From the NCBI RefSeq assembly GCF_004010195.1, contig NC_057718.1, forward strand, positions 31,357,622 to 31,421,621: a DNA stretch of 64,000 nt, written 5' to 3'. Of this stretch, positions 23,836 through 37,729 are shown one piece after another. The translations under genes were made by a program, and so were the position numbers. The DNA comes from Chiloscyllium plagiosum. Lineage: Eukaryota. The notes under the pieces are model-generated. The model saw only the letters and a program-made list of their open reading frames with translations, was not told where the DNA came from and ran no database searches. Numbering within the stretch: position 1 is the first letter of the stretch; every line of letters begins with the position of its first letter.

Positions 23836-26189
23836 CAATGAGGCATTAGGAATGGTGAGAAAGGTGGAAAAAGACCAGAGAAAATGAAAAAATAATCAGA
23901 GTCTCAACATCAAGAAAAATATTTATGATCTTTCCCTCAAGCCTTAAGTGGTGACCAGAATCTCGCCACTGAGCAGCAACTACCTTATTTCTATACATTT
24001 GCAACTAAAGAATGCCCCAAGTCACTTTATTTATACACCGCTTCCAATTCTCCTCTCTTTCCTGAGAAACTAGACAAATTCCTGACTTGTAATTCAGAGC
24101 AAGTACTTGGCATCTTATCGAATGCTTGTCCCGATCATCGTCCAGCTGCTTCTACACAATAGAGTTCCATGGCCTCCTCAATCCTGCATCCATATAGGCT
24201 GGGGTCAGTGAACCATCAGCCTCACCATATCATTGTATCTGCTCCTAGTCCAACCCACACACCAGTTTAACCTGACAACATTTTTCTTTGGTACTCAGAG
24301 ACTCCTATGACATACATGCTTCTGCCAGATCATTTTGCGTGCAGGGCCACACATGCATCTGCACATGATTCTTAACTGTGTTTCTTAACACTCACACTGT
24401 TTGCATTTACTTGGAGACTTCTAACTGTCTACTGCTGCATGCACACTCACTGACTTCAGCAGTGATTTATGGGCTGCCATTCTCTGTGTGACTCCCATTG
24501 CTTTCTCAGCGCAGAGTCTTCAGTGCTCAGTTAGAGGCTGCCAGCATCTGTGTTTGCACTGATGTTTAGCTCACTGAATGCATAGGGAACACTGAACAGC
24601 CAAAGTGGAGTCACTGTGTAATGCCTTGCAACATCAACCTCACATCTGCATGTGCCAACAGCTTACGTGGCAATCACATTCTTCAGTCAAATGTGTGGAA
24701 GTCAAAAGGGAGCAGTTCTTAGAGGGGTGAAAGGAGACTATATTCGATCAGGGAAAGCTGCCAGAATCACTTAAGCAGTTCATGCCGATCACAAATAAGT
24801 CAGTCAGGATGCAGTATAGACATCACTTGAGGGACTGGATCATGCTCTATCAGGGTGATCTTGTAAAGTCAGTCTAGGGAAGTGGATCATTGTCAGTCCT
24901 GGGGGATTAATGATCAAAGGGGGATATCTATGGACTCCTGGAGTAAACAGCCAATTCAGGCTGGGATGGGCTCCTTTATGTTTGGTCTCTGAGGACATGG
25001 TGACAATGATAGGGGACAATTATAATTGGTACTGTGGGGCACCAAAATAAACAGAAGGGGATAGATGCTCCTGGGATCTCCAGAAGAGGGCTTCAAACAG
25101 GCTTTTAACTGGGGCAGGTATAGAGCTGAGGACATGGGAATTTCTAAAGTCCATAGCCCCAGTGGGTAAAATTGGGGACATTGGGAAACAGCAGCACAAA
25201 CCCTAGCTGAAGTCTTGGTCCATGCTGGCTGTGTCTGGCCCTGTATACTGGTCTACATCAGCCCCTCCCACCAGTACTTTCAGATCTGTCTGTGAAGTGT
25301 GGAGTGAGCTTTTATTTCTCTGGGTCATGTCCTTAAGATAATGGTCCAGCACCACTATATGAGGAGCAGCTATTGGCTTGCAGCGCCTGCAGTGATGTGT
25401 AGCTGGGCGTTGAATAAGGTGCCAGTGCTATTAACACTGGAAGGTCATGGTAGCAGTAAGCGCTTCCTCCCTTCTGTCATGTGATTCATGAAAAGTGGTG
25501 CCTAGGAGCCTGCTTGAAGAATTAATGAGGGGAATTGCAGAAGATTGCAAAAGTCATTCTGAGCCATGGTGGACTGGGCACCATGAATCTCACTCGACAA
25601 AATGCTCTGACTGAAGATGGGAACATTTTACCCAGACTCTGAATATTCGAACATTGGCGACTCAGTCAGGAAAATGTATGTGATCAGAAAAATGCAAGTC
25701 TTAAACGTAAGTCATACTCCACATACAATACTGTTCTCCACTTCAATGCTGCAATTTGGAATGCATCAGCAACTTCCATTGTAAAGCTGCTGCCAGGATG
25801 CTTTACATACTGGGACAGACACCCAACTCATGGATTTAACTGAGGTGCATCTCAGGGTTCCTCACTCGCTGTCTTAGCACATGCTCACTTTGCACCTACT
25901 GTGATGTTCACTGCAACTCTGCTTTGCTTTATTGTACTTTGCCATCTCATTGAGAACTTAAAGGCTCACAGTCCTTCTGTCTTGCCTTACCTTTGAGGTC
26001 AAGGAATGCTTGGAGATCCTAGCAGTCGTGGATATATCTACCATTCCTGAGTGGATGATAACATGAGCTGGACACCACAGAGACATGGTACAGAGCTATT
26101 GAGGCAAGCTGTAGAGAACAGTGTGAAAAAACCCATTAGCCTTACAAAAAGATATCCTCCATGAAACTCCCTGAAATGTCTGGTAAAAT

Positions 26190-27508
26190 TCAACCCATTT
26201 TATTTTTAATCCTATTGCCCAAATGTCCTGGACACAAAAAACAGAACAAATCCAACTCAGCCAATTATTGCAACATCAGTCTACTGTCGATCATTAGTAA
26301 AGTGATGGAAGGTGTCATCAACAGTGCTATTAAGCAGCACCTGCTCAGCGATACCCAGTTCGAGTTCCATCAGGGCCACTCAGCTTCTGACTTCATTACA
26401 GCCTTGGTTCAAACATGGACAAAAGAGCTGAATTCCAGAGGTGAGCTGAGAGTGACAGTCATTGACATCAAGGCTGCATTTGACCAAATGTGGCATCAAG
26501 GAGTCATAACAAAACCCGAATCAATAGGATTCCATGGAAAACCCTCTGCTGGTTGGAGTCATACCTAACACATAAGAAAATGGTTGTGGTTGTAGGAGGT
26601 CAGTCATCTCAGCTCCAGGACATCTCAACAGGAGTTCCTCAGTATAGAGTACTAGCAATCTTCAGTTGCTTCATCAATGACCTTCCTTCCATCATAAGAT
26701 CAGAAGTAGGATATTTGCCGATGGTTGCACCATGTTTAGTACCACTCAAGACTCCTCAAATACTGAAGCAGTTCATGCCCAAATGCAGCAAGACTTGGAC
26801 AATATCCAGGCTTGGGCTGATGGGTGGGAAGTAACATTTGTGCCAAACATATGCCAGGCAATGACCATTTCCAATACGAGACAATCTAACCACTGCCAAT
26901 TGACATTCAATGACGTAACTATCACCGAATGCCCCACTATCAATGTTCTGGGGCTTACCATTGACCAGAAATTGAACTGAACTCATCAGATAAACACAGT
27001 GCCTATAAGTGCATGTCAGAGGCAAGGAATACTGAAGTGAGTAACTCACTTTTTGCCTCTCCAAACTCTGTCCACCACTTGCAATGCACAAGTCAGAAAT
27101 GTGATGGAATACTCCCCACTTGCCTGGATGGGTGCAGCACCAACAACCCTCAAGAAGCTTGACACCATCCAGGACAAAACAACCCACTTATTTGGCACCA
27201 CATCCACTCCCTCCACCACCAACACATAGTAGTAGCAGCAGTGTATACTATCTACAAGATGCTCTGCAGAAATTCATCAAAGATCCTCAGACAGCACTTT
27301 CAAACTCCATGACCACTTCCAACCAGAAGGATAAGGGCAACAGATTTATGGGATCAGCATCATATGTAAGTTCCTCTCCAAAACATTCACCATTCTGACT
27401 TGGAAATATCTTGCAATTCCTTCAGTATCATTAGGTCAAAACCCTGAAATTCCCTCCCTAATGGCTTTGAAGGTTCACCTACAGCAGTTCAAGAAGGAAA
27501 CTCACTGT
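26190..27508 (+). mobile_element. CR1/L2-group LINE RT fragment (family distinct from HER1)
   Basis: Frameshifted ORFs 26161..26568, 26490..26834 and 26732..26980 give SNSANYCNISLLSIISKVME...DIKAAFDQMWHQG...WLESYL...GVPQ...FINDL...QQDLDNIQAWA. Confidence 0.9.
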
Positions 27509-29073
27509 TGTCAGGTGTGGGTTGCCAGTGAAATGGCTGTCCCCTCCAAAGTGAAAGCAATTTAGAATGAAAAATTAAAGTTTTACCTTGGAGGCAATGT
27601 AGGACCTAGATTTTACTCTTTGTTCAATCAGTATAATTATTCTCTGGTTGTCTTCTCACCCAGAGTCTGAGCTGGGAGTTTCCCATGTTTGTTGTCAGAT
27701 AAGTATAGTACAGCATGAAGAAATATTTGACAACATCTTGGTGTGGACAGCCAATTGGGTTACATTGATCGTCTTGACATGCACTACCATTGAAAATCCA
27801 GGTGGATAGCTTTCCAAAAAAGCCCCAAATGTTGTAGTTCATCGACTTAGTGACTGCGAGTACATCTTCTGACTCAGCTTTCTTTGAAGAGTGTCTTCCA
27901 TTTCAAAGCAAAGGAAAATAGTTTTACTTCTGAAAATCTAGACATGTAGATGTCAGCCACTGGACTCCATCTCTCATGCAACTCAACCAACATAGTATCT
28001 TTTTCTAGGTTGCCTCTTCTTCTAAATATGTAAGAAAGGGGCTTTCCATGGGGAAACTCATTAGTATCGTAGCAGTGCTAAGGGTAAGACATACTTTTTA
28101 AATTAGCAGTAGCTTCCATTGAAGTTGATAATAGATTGACATTCATAAAACAAACCTAGAGTCAAGTCTTTGTCCCTTATTTATTTATTAAAAGCAGCTA
28201 ACCTGAGTAATACAGATTGCAGTATTTGGCTCTGATATTCATGCATCTGGTTCTGGCCCGAGGCTAGAGACTCCATTCTGGCAACAGTGTCTTTTGCAGT
28301 GCAAGCAAGGTTACAAACCTTTTGCCAAGCAACTAAATCTACTGCGAACGCTGAACATTTTGGGACTTGCCAGAACAATAATGCAAGTCAATGTTTCAGT
28401 TCTGCTGGGGGAGCAATAGCAAAGTGACGTTGTATGCTGCAGCCTCTGTCCTGGGACATGTGTACCATAGTTTATTTCTGCAAAGAACCATCCAATATTG
28501 TACATTTTTGTGTTAATCGTTTTGTGATTCCAGGCTGCTCAGAAAACATTGACAATATTAATCAATCTATATGCATAAAGCAGGTGTCCATTGCTTTAGC
28601 TGACAAAGTAAATTTCTTCATCACTTTCTTGATACACAGCTAAAAGTACTTTTCCTAAATTGCATTCCTGGTCTTCCTAGCTCCAGATTTTGTAAAATAT
28701 TCCAGTCTTCTTGTCAGTTAGTGCTGGATACTGCTAGGAAAGTTCAGCACATAAGAAGTGGTGATTGCTGCATGCCTGGTCACAAATGCGATCAACGCCC
28801 ATGCTTGCCATATCAGGAATTTAATAGGTTAGTACTTGAAAAATTCTATGCTGTGAAAATACTTAGTTGTTCCAGTTCCTTCTCCTAAAATCTTCTTATC
28901 CTAGCGTTATCTTAATAAACTATTCTGCAGTCTTCATCACCTTACTGTTCTTATCAAGGATTGTCACCCAAAGGTTGGCACAGTTCTTGCTGTGGACTAG
29001 GTGATTATTTGGATTGGTTTAGCATTGTGCTTTGTACTCAATGGCTCGACTGAATAAATCTCAGATCCCTACA
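27509..29073 (+). mobile_element. Decayed, internally deleted Gypsy element (gag-protease remnant)
   Basis: Starts TG, ends CA and is flanked by ACTGT (27504-27508 and 29074-29078). It has a PBS-like aca|tcttggtgt at ~27735, gag traces RKIVLLL and GETH*YVAVLR (~28052), a CP..x..KNH knuckle trace, a protease-like FLDTQLKV (~28625) and AATAAA at ~29053. Confidence 0.5.
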
Positions 29074-29089
29074 ACTGTGAAAATGTGAT

Positions 29090-29360
29090 TTCTTTTACAG
29101 CTTTATTAACTTGTCCTCCCATTTATAAAGATTTGTAGGTTTGAAACTCTAAGTCACTCTGTTCCTCAATTCTTTTAATATTGAAGATTTACTATTCAGT
29201 GCATATTTAATTTCTTTATTCTTTTTCTCAAAATGAATCACCTTTTTCTCCCAAAACGTATCATGTCACACTTTGTATTTTAAGATTACATCTGGCATCC
29301 AACTGCCGAATCTATTAATTGTGCATGTCCTCCTCTTCACAGTTACTACACTCCACTGGG
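29090..29360 (-). mobile_element. Old CR1 fragment
   Basis: gctttattaacttgtcctccc...aaagatttg...tcactctgttcctc resembles antisense CR1 ORF2 sequence such as 32840-33100. Confidence 0.5.
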
Positions 29361-31559
29361 TAAGGCATATTATTGGTGTTGCAGAATTGTGTGGAAGAGA
29401 AAATAATGTGGCAGTATGATTAAAAGTAGCAACAAAAATGTCAGTAGAAATTCTGTTATCCAGAACGGGAAGTGTTTAAATCTGAAATGGCTACATTTTG
29501 AAATGGCAGCTTGTGGATCAATGAAATGACAGCTGGTCACATTGGTAAAGGAGCCTTTCCCTTCTCTCATTTCCCAGGACCCCACTTGCCTAACTCTGAC
29601 CTGCACAGTGTGCTCTATTCAGCCACAATCCCAAACAGACTATTCATTATCGATAAATTTAAAGTATATTTCTTCTCATATGGTAGTGTGCCTCCATGAA
29701 TGAGTCAGCTAAATATGCCAAGAAGGCAGACCATAAGCACCTGCTCAAGAGCAATTAGGAATGGATGATAAATGTTGGTTTTACAGCAGCACTCCCAACT
29801 GATGACTTAATTTTTAAAAATTTGTAGTTACAGTAGACTTAAACAAAGAGATTTTGATTTTTTTTTAAAAAGAAAATAACTGTTAATCTCATTGATTTGC
29901 TTTGTTAAATACAAACGGAAATCTCCCTCTTGTGCATTGGTAATAAAGGAAAGAAACAATTAACATGTAATTCAAGACATGCAAGTCAGCCTCAAAAGTG
30001 ATGCTATAACTTTTGTCCTTCAGTCAGCCTGTCATGCTCAGTTTGGTCATGACAAAGTTCAATATTAATTTTCATTCAAAGTTTCTGCTGCAATTTGATC
30101 CTCTGTTTTATATTTTTGGTTATTTGCTGGCCTGATTGCTTACAATATCTGGTAAAGCTGTCCTCGCTGCGGCTTGATTGAAGGCACAGTATTTGATGTT
30201 TTTAAATATGTATAGAAAACCAATATGAACAACAACTTGCACCTATATAGCACTGTTCAGCCTTAAACCTCTCAAAGCAGTTCACAGGAACATGAGTGCT
30301 GATTAGAAATATCACATAATTTTATATAAAATAAACTGATTTTAGAATCAGCAACTATTTTGTTGTTGCCTCCAGTGTTCTGAATTTTCTGCATTCAAAG
30401 TGATTTACTGTGCTTTGTAGAACTGTTTTTACTAGAAGTAGTTCTGAAATATAAAGGGTGCTATGGAGGTTAGTGACTTTGTAAGGGTATAAAGAGATAG
30501 AACTTTACACATTGAAAATTTGGAGTTTTTACAATCATATATTTTGTTCTTCTACATCTTAGTGTTGCACCTTCACTAGAAAAATTGCAAACAGAAGTAT
30601 CTGGATAGGTTATAGTGCAAGAATTAGTCATATATCAGTGAACCTATTTTATAAGTAACGCACCTGCACAAATCGTTTAATCACATCAAATATCAGCCCT
30701 TCTCTGATTGACAATCATGTTGGTATATGATGTTGAGATGAATAATTTGTCAGCATCTGTGTGACAAAAACTTCCCATACACAAAGACGTAAGAGCATTG
30801 GTAAAGCCTTGTCTCAAGTTTCATTTTGGCCTTGCATGCTTCAACTTGTGTCTCTCTTGCCCTAAATGTGGAAGATGAGACAGACTCTATTTCACTTTGT
30901 TGATTGACTGTTGAATGGACTTAGCTAAATAGCTTTATCATCTTGAGACTCTCGTACCAACTTAACACCCTGTCAAAGGACATAAGTGTATTTGTTCAGG
31001 AATTATGTCAATAATGAAATGAAGCTTTCAACACCATGGTGCAAACTGACTTTCTTCATTTGTACTGAACATTGTTCTGATATAAAAGGAAATGCTGTGC
31101 AAAAAGCTAAAACACTTAGTAATAGGTATATATCAAAAGGTGAAAAATGATTTTGCAATTTCTGTTGTGGACTGTTAATGATTGGATGCTGACACAGCAT
31201 CTTAGGGTTTTAAAGCCCCGTGAGTGTGGTATTCAGAGATATGTGCCCCCAACCCTCTGTATGAGTGTGTGTGTGTGTGTTTTTTTCAGGGTTGCTTTGG
31301 GGTTGGGTGGCTCATACATAAGGGAATCAAAGATCAAAATTCCTTGCACAATCATGTCAAGAGGAGCCTTGCCACTTGTATGGAGAAGTTCAATTAGCTG
31401 CCTTCCTTATGCATCAGATGTAAGTTGTTTTCTTACACTTAAATAAATTAGTCAAAAAGGATGATACATTTTTTAAAATACAATGGCTAGCCACTGTATA
31501 TGCAGTGCATTTTCATGTAACTTCAGTGTGTAATCGGATAAAGGGCTGGAAGTCCTTTG

Positions 31560-31985
31560 GGAAGGTTTTTCAAATGAAAAATCAAGGAAAGGTTGACAAG
31601 CTTAGTCTCTTATTCCTCGAAAAAGACTGGTAGTGAGTGACCTATTAAAGGCATTTAAAATAATGAAATATCTTTAATGCATGGATACAGAGAGAACAGG
31701 TCTCTTCCTGTGTGAAACAGGATAACTAGATGTCATTAATAAAAGATAATCACCAAGAAAACCAATAGGGAATTCAGAAGAAACTTTTAATCCAAAGAAT
31801 GGTGGGACTTCATACTTCAGGGAGTGGTTGAAGTAGGTTGTATGGATGCAATGAGGGGAAAGCATATGAAAGAAGGGAATAAATGGGTTTTTGATTTAGA
31901 TAAGAGAAGGCTCACATGGAACATAAACAACTGCATGGACAGTTTGGGATGAATGGCCTGTTTCTATTTATATATCGTATGTAAT
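31560..31985 (+). mobile_element. Old CR1 3' fragment
   Basis: Degenerate ERL..L.LFSLEK.RL..DL-type coding trace followed by a 3' terminus gaatggcctgtttct. Confidence 0.6.
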
Positions 31986-32198
31986 AGTTTATAAAATTTG
32001 AAGAGCCCAAAGCAGGTAATACAAGGATCATCACCCCCATTGAAGAGATCTGTGTTTAACCTACTTAATATGCCTATTATGGATAAATGTTAATTTTTAT
32101 CTGATTACTCACATGTTATAGGCCTTGGGACATTTCGTAACATGTAAGTTATAGTGTGAATTTCCATGTGGTAAAATACTCTGTTATATAATACTCAT

Positions 32199-35112
32199 AC
32201 AGTCATAGAATCATAGAGATGTACTCCACGGAAACAGACCCTTCGGTCCAACTCGTCCATGCCCAACCCAATCTAGTCCCACCTGCCAGCACCCAGTCCA
32301 TATCCCTCCAAACCCGTCCTATTTATACACCCATCCAAATGCCTTTTAAATGTTGCAATTGCACCAGCCACCACCACTTCCTCTGGCAGCTCATTCCATA
32401 CACGTAGCACACTCTGCATGAAAAAGCTGCCCCTTAGGTCTCTTTTATATCTTTTCCCTCTCACCCTAAACCTATGCCCTCTAGTTCTGGGCTCCCCCAC
32501 ACCAGTGAAAAGACTTTGTCTATTTATCCATACCCCTCATAGTTTTGTAAACCTCCATAAGGTCATCCCTCAGCCTGCTACGCTCCAGAGAAAACAGCCC
32601 CAGCCTGTTCATTCTCTCTCTATAGCTCAAATCCTCCAACCCTGGAAACATCCTTGTAAATCTTTTCTGAACCCTTTCAAGTTTCACAACATCTTTCTGA
32701 TAGGAAGGAGACCAGAATTGCATGCAGTATTCCAGCAGTGGCCTATACAATGTCCTGTATAGCCGCAACATGACCTCCCAACTCCTGTACTCAATACTCT
32801 GACCAATAAAGGAAAGCATACAAAATGCCTTCTTCACCATCTATCTACCTGCAACTCCACTTTCAAGGAGCTCAGAACCTGCACTCCAAGATCTCTTTGT
32901 TCAGCAACACTCCCTAGGACCTTACCATTAAGTGTATAAGTCCTGCTAAAATTTGCTTTCCAACATGCAGCACCTCGCATTTATCTGATTAAACTCAATC
33001 TGCCACTTCTCAGCCCATTGGCCCATCTGGTCCAGATCCCGCTGTAATCTGAGGTAACCTTCTTTGCTGTCCACTACACCTCCAATTTTGATGTCATCTG
33101 CAAACTACCTAACTATATCTCTTACGCTCTCATCCAAATCATTTATATAAGTGACAAAAAGTAGAGGACCCCCCCAGTTACTAGTGGTGTACCGCAAGGG
33201 TCAGTGTTGGGTCCACTGCTGTTCGTCATTTTTATAAACGACCTGGATGAGGGCGTAGGAGCGTGGGTTAGTAAATTTGCAGACGACACTAAGGTCAGTG
33301 GAGTTGTGGACAGTGACGAAGGATGTTGTAGGTTACAGAGAGACATTGATAAGCTGCAGAGCCGGGCTGAGAGGTGGCAGATGGAGTTTAATGCGGACAA
33401 GTGTGAGGTGATTCACCTTGGTCGGAGTAACTGGAATGCAAAGTACTGGGCTAATGGTAAGATTCTTGGTAGTGTAGATGAACAGAGAGATCTCGGTGTC
33501 CAGGTACACAGATCCTTGAAAGTTGCCACCCCAGTTTTCAGGGTTGTTAAGAATGCATACAGTGTTTTAGCTTTTATTAATAGAGGGATCGAGTTCCGGA
33601 ACCATGAGCTTATGCTACAGCTGTAAAAAAACTCTGGTGCGGCCGCACTTGGAGTATTGTGTACAGTTCTGGTCACCACATTATAAGAAGGATGTGGAAG
33701 CTTTGGAAAGTGTGCAGAGGAGATTTACTAGGATGTTGCCTGGTATGGAGGGAAGATCTTATGAAGAAAGGCTGAGGGACTTGAGGCTGTTTTCATTGGA
33801 CAGAAGAAGATTGAGAAGTGAGTTAATAGAGACATATAAGATAATCAGAGGGTTAGATAGGGTGGGTAGGGAGAGCCTTTTTCCAAGTATGGTGACGGCG
33901 AGCACGAGGGGGCATAGCTTTAAATTGAGGGGTGATAGATATAGGACAGATGTCAGAGGTAGTTTCTTTACACAGAGAGTAGTAAGGGTATGGAATGCTT
34001 TGCCTGCAACGGTAGTAGATTCACCAACTTTAAGTATATTTAAGTCATCATTGGACAAGCATATGGACATACATGGAATAGTGTAGGTTAGATGGGTTTC
34101 AGATTGGTGTGACAGGTCGGCTCAACATCGAGGACTGAAGGGCCTGTACTGCGCTGTTATGTTCTATGTTCAGGACCCAGCACCAATCCTTGTGGCACTC
34201 CACTGGTCACAGGTCTCCAGTCTGATAAACAATCCTCCACCACCACCCTCTGTCTTCTATCTTTGAGCCAGTTCTGTATCCAAATGGCTAGTTCTCCCTG
34301 TATTCCATGAGATATCTAACCTTGCTAACCAGTCTCCTATGGGGAACCTAGTCGAACGCCTTGCTGAAATCCATAAAGATCACATCTACCGCTCTGCCCT
34401 CATCAATCCTCTTTGTTACTTCTTCAAAAAACTCAATCAAGTTTGTGAGACATGATTTCCCACACACAAAGCCATGTTGACTATCCCTAATCAGTCCTTG
34501 CCTTTCCAAATACATGTACGTCCTGTCCCTCAGGATTCCCTCCAACAACTTGTCCACCACTGAAGTCAGGCTCACTGGTCTATAGTTCCCTGGCTTGTCC
34601 TTACCACCTTTCTTAAACAGTGGCACCACGTTAGCCAACCTCCAGTCTTCCAGCATCTCACCTGTGACTATCAATGATACAAATATCTCAGCAAGAGGCC
34701 CAGCAATCACTTCCCGAGCTTCCCACAAAGTTCCAGGGTACATCTGATCAGGTCCTTGGGATTTATCCACTTGTATGCATTTCAAGACATCCAGCACTTC
34801 CTCCTCTGTAATATGGACATTTTTCAAAATGTCACTATCTATTTCCCTACATTCTACATCTTCCATGTCCTTTTCCACACTAAATACTGATGCAAAATAC
34901 TTGTTTAGTATCTCCCCCATTTTCTGCAGCTCCACACAAAGGCTGCCTAACTGATCTTTGAGGGGCCCTATTCTCTCCCGAGTTACCCTTTTGTCCTTAA
35001 TGCCGTTGTAAAAACCCTTTGGATTTTCCTTAATTCTATTTGCCAAAGCTATCTCATTTCCCCTTTTTGCCCTCCTGATTTCCCTCTTAAGTAAACTCCT
35101 ACTGCCTTTGTA
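32199..35112 (-). mobile_element. CR1/HER1 LINE, 5'-truncated, split by a second CR1
   Basis: ORF 34348..35163 contains KSQGPD..YP...DWRLANVVPLFKKG..DKPGNYRPVSLTSVV...QHGF..GKSCLTNLIEFFE...DFSKAFD. ORFs 32520..32840 and 32273..32500 are the C-terminal part. The tail lies at 32199-32217. Confidence 0.97.
33172..34171 (+). mobile_element. Younger CR1 subfamily 3' kb inserted antisense into the 32199-35112 CR1
   Basis: ORFs 33204..33626 (LGPLLFVIFINDLD...KFADDTK) and 33604..34086 are joined by one frameshift. The tail is tatgttctatgtt. AGGACCC is duplicated at 33165-33171 and 34172-34178. Confidence 0.97.
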
Positions 35113-35169
35113 CTGTAGGCTAAAAGTTGGATTGCTTCTGTTTTCAGAGATTGGAATACTCAATCATGC

Positions 35170-36700
35170 TGAGACCCGCTAAGGTAGGCATTGTGCAAAC
35201 GTTCTGTTGTCTACTCATTCAAATTATTGTAGCATTCAGCCAAGTGTGACCAACACTACTGCTTGGCTAAATGCTCAATAGGAAGCTTAGCTTTGTGCGT
35301 GGCAAACACATGTTTCAGCTAGCCTGAACTTCTTAAAGTGGAGCTTTACTCGCCTGACAAAAGCTGCTGCTGACTGCTTGTGATACAAAGGAGTCCAGAA
35401 GACGCAACAGTCAAATCAATGGGCTAGGATAGCAGCTATGTTTCTATGGGAGGACAGGAGGCCCTCAAGCAACACCCTGAGAAGGCAATAGAGGCAGGTA
35501 GCCAAAATTGTCAACTCTGAAGTCTGACTCGAAAGACCTGGCAGTTCTGTTGAGAGACATTCAGTAACTTTATTCAGATTATCAAAAGATTTGTAAATTT
35601 ATCATTGAATTGCAACTTCTACCCATCATATCATCAACAGTTATTTCAATGCATTATCTCTAGCCATAGGACTCAGTTTAATCCTAACACACTTCCAATG
35701 AGGCCAAATCATACCCATTGGTTGCAGTCTCTCCGGTGAGTCTGCTGTTAGAAGCACATCATTCAAACAAATTAGAATGCACTCGCTGATGTTCTTGGAT
35801 AATGCATTTGGGGATAAAGGGATCAAAAAATATAGGGGAAAGTAGTAACGGGCTAATGAGTTGGATGGTCAGATATGACAATAATACATTTTTCAGGCTT
35901 GAAGTGCTGAAAAGCTTACTCCTGTTTCTATTTTCTATACTTCTGTGCTTCTTCCCTCTCTCTCGCAGGACAAAGTGGCCTATTGTTTGGTCCAGAATTG
36001 AAGGAGAACAGGCAGATCAGCATCTAAACTTGAACTCTGCTCAGCATTCTGACAGTATGCTCCTAAAACAGCACCTTCTCATATCCTACCTAACCCTCAT
36101 CCTGCTATCTAGCAAGCCACAGATCATGTGACTTTTTTTCCTATCCCAACCACCTTTCCTCACTATGACTCTTGCCTTATAATCAGGAACTACATCCAGG
36201 ACAACCCTTTCTGCTTCATGAGGAAGACTGAGAGCTGTACCACTTCTCAGATAATTTTACATTATTAATTGATCAGAATTTTGGAACTACCAGCTCAGGT
36301 ACATACCTTGAAAGGCATCCTACTTTCTGGGGAATGGTAGTCAACTCCATGGCAAGACTGTCACTATCTCATATTCCATTGCAGCACAGATGAAATGTTT
36401 TCAACATTACAACCCTGGAGTGAAAGCTGTGATGAAGCCCGTGACATTCATGATTGGTGCCATACAGACTACAGCCGTCTTGGCTGAGGATCTCTATAAC
36501 AGATTTCCAAGCTTATTGAGGCACTGCTCTTACAGAGTGGCAGTGGCTCCACAGAGTGTAAAAGTACAGTTCTCCCTGAGGATGATGGCATTCATGCCCC
36601 ATCGCTGCCACTGCACCAATGCCTTTGCAGTAGCTTGACAGCTCATCAGTTCAGATTACTGTCACCATTGCCAAGGTAGTCAGTCTGAAGACAGAATATC
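35170..36700 (+). mobile_element. Decayed PIF/Harbinger remnant with Myb/SANT-like trace (core ~35440-35590)
   Basis: RPSSNTLRRQ*RQVAKIVNS...(frameshift)KTWQFC*ETFSNF matches W..VA..VN...RTW.QC.KKFNDL. Outer limits are approximate. Confidence 0.5.
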
Positions 36701-37729
36701 AAGATTCAGAACAGCTTCGTGCCGTTTAAAGTCTCCCCCAATAAAAATTAACTTGATCTGCGATCTGTGGAAATTGTGAATTTATATCTTTCTATTGGTT
36801 GCTTGCTGGATTGGAACAGCTTCTCCAGTTGTGCATAAGTAGTTATGATCCCAGCAGATATTATTACTGGATAATTTGTGTAGGGTTGATAGATTTTTTT
36901 GTATTTATTTTTAATTTACCAGATGGTCTTCCACTGAAACAAAGGTCTACAATGCTGAAGATTTGGTTTTAACAGTAAACAGAACTTTAGTATATATAAA
37001 AAATGAAGACAAAATAGAATAAATCAAACTATATATGTGTAACACAATATTGAATATTTGAAACATACAGTAAAATACAGTATTCCATCCATCCTACCAG
37101 CATCCTTTAAAGGTCTCAAGCACCTCTCTTTATCACATCTGTAGAGTTTCACTTAACTGTAGCTTACCATGCCTAGTTTTGATAATCTCTTCCATGAGTA
37201 TTCACATAACTGAGCTTAGAGTTTCTCAGTTTCAAATAACATCTTCAGGGTTTTAACCAAACACTTCTGGTCTGGATTTTCAAGCTAAACTCCTTACATT
37301 GAGGTGACCTATTTTCTAGCAGTTCTAAACTACATCCGTTCTTCATCAGAAATTGTTTTCACATTTAACTTTCACCAGGACATCTGCAAACTGAAAGCAA
37401 AAATCTTTCCAAACGGTAGGTGATTCTTAGGCAAAAACAAAATAAATGTTTGATCCTTCTAGCTGAAAGAAAGCAAATGTCCTTCAATCTTTATTTTGTC
37501 CACTTCTAAAACTTGCGCATTACCAAATACATTCCCATTACTACTCTAGGAAATCTCTTTTTCATACTGATTATTGAAAAAAATCTGATAGCTCCGGAAA
37601 TACTGACAGTTAATCATTAAACACATCACACACATAAATCAAAACCCACAAGTCACTAGTTCAAAATCCAATATCTAAAATAAATGATGGTTACATTGTA
37701 AAGCACATATATAACAAACACCATATTTA

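Noticed and set aside
23900..26150. Possible further Harbinger-derived sequence; also GGGCxGAATTT-type termini at ~7017, ~46889 and ~55181
   Set aside because: Suggestive of shark Harbinger MITEs, but paired TIRs and coding traces could not be confirmed by eye.
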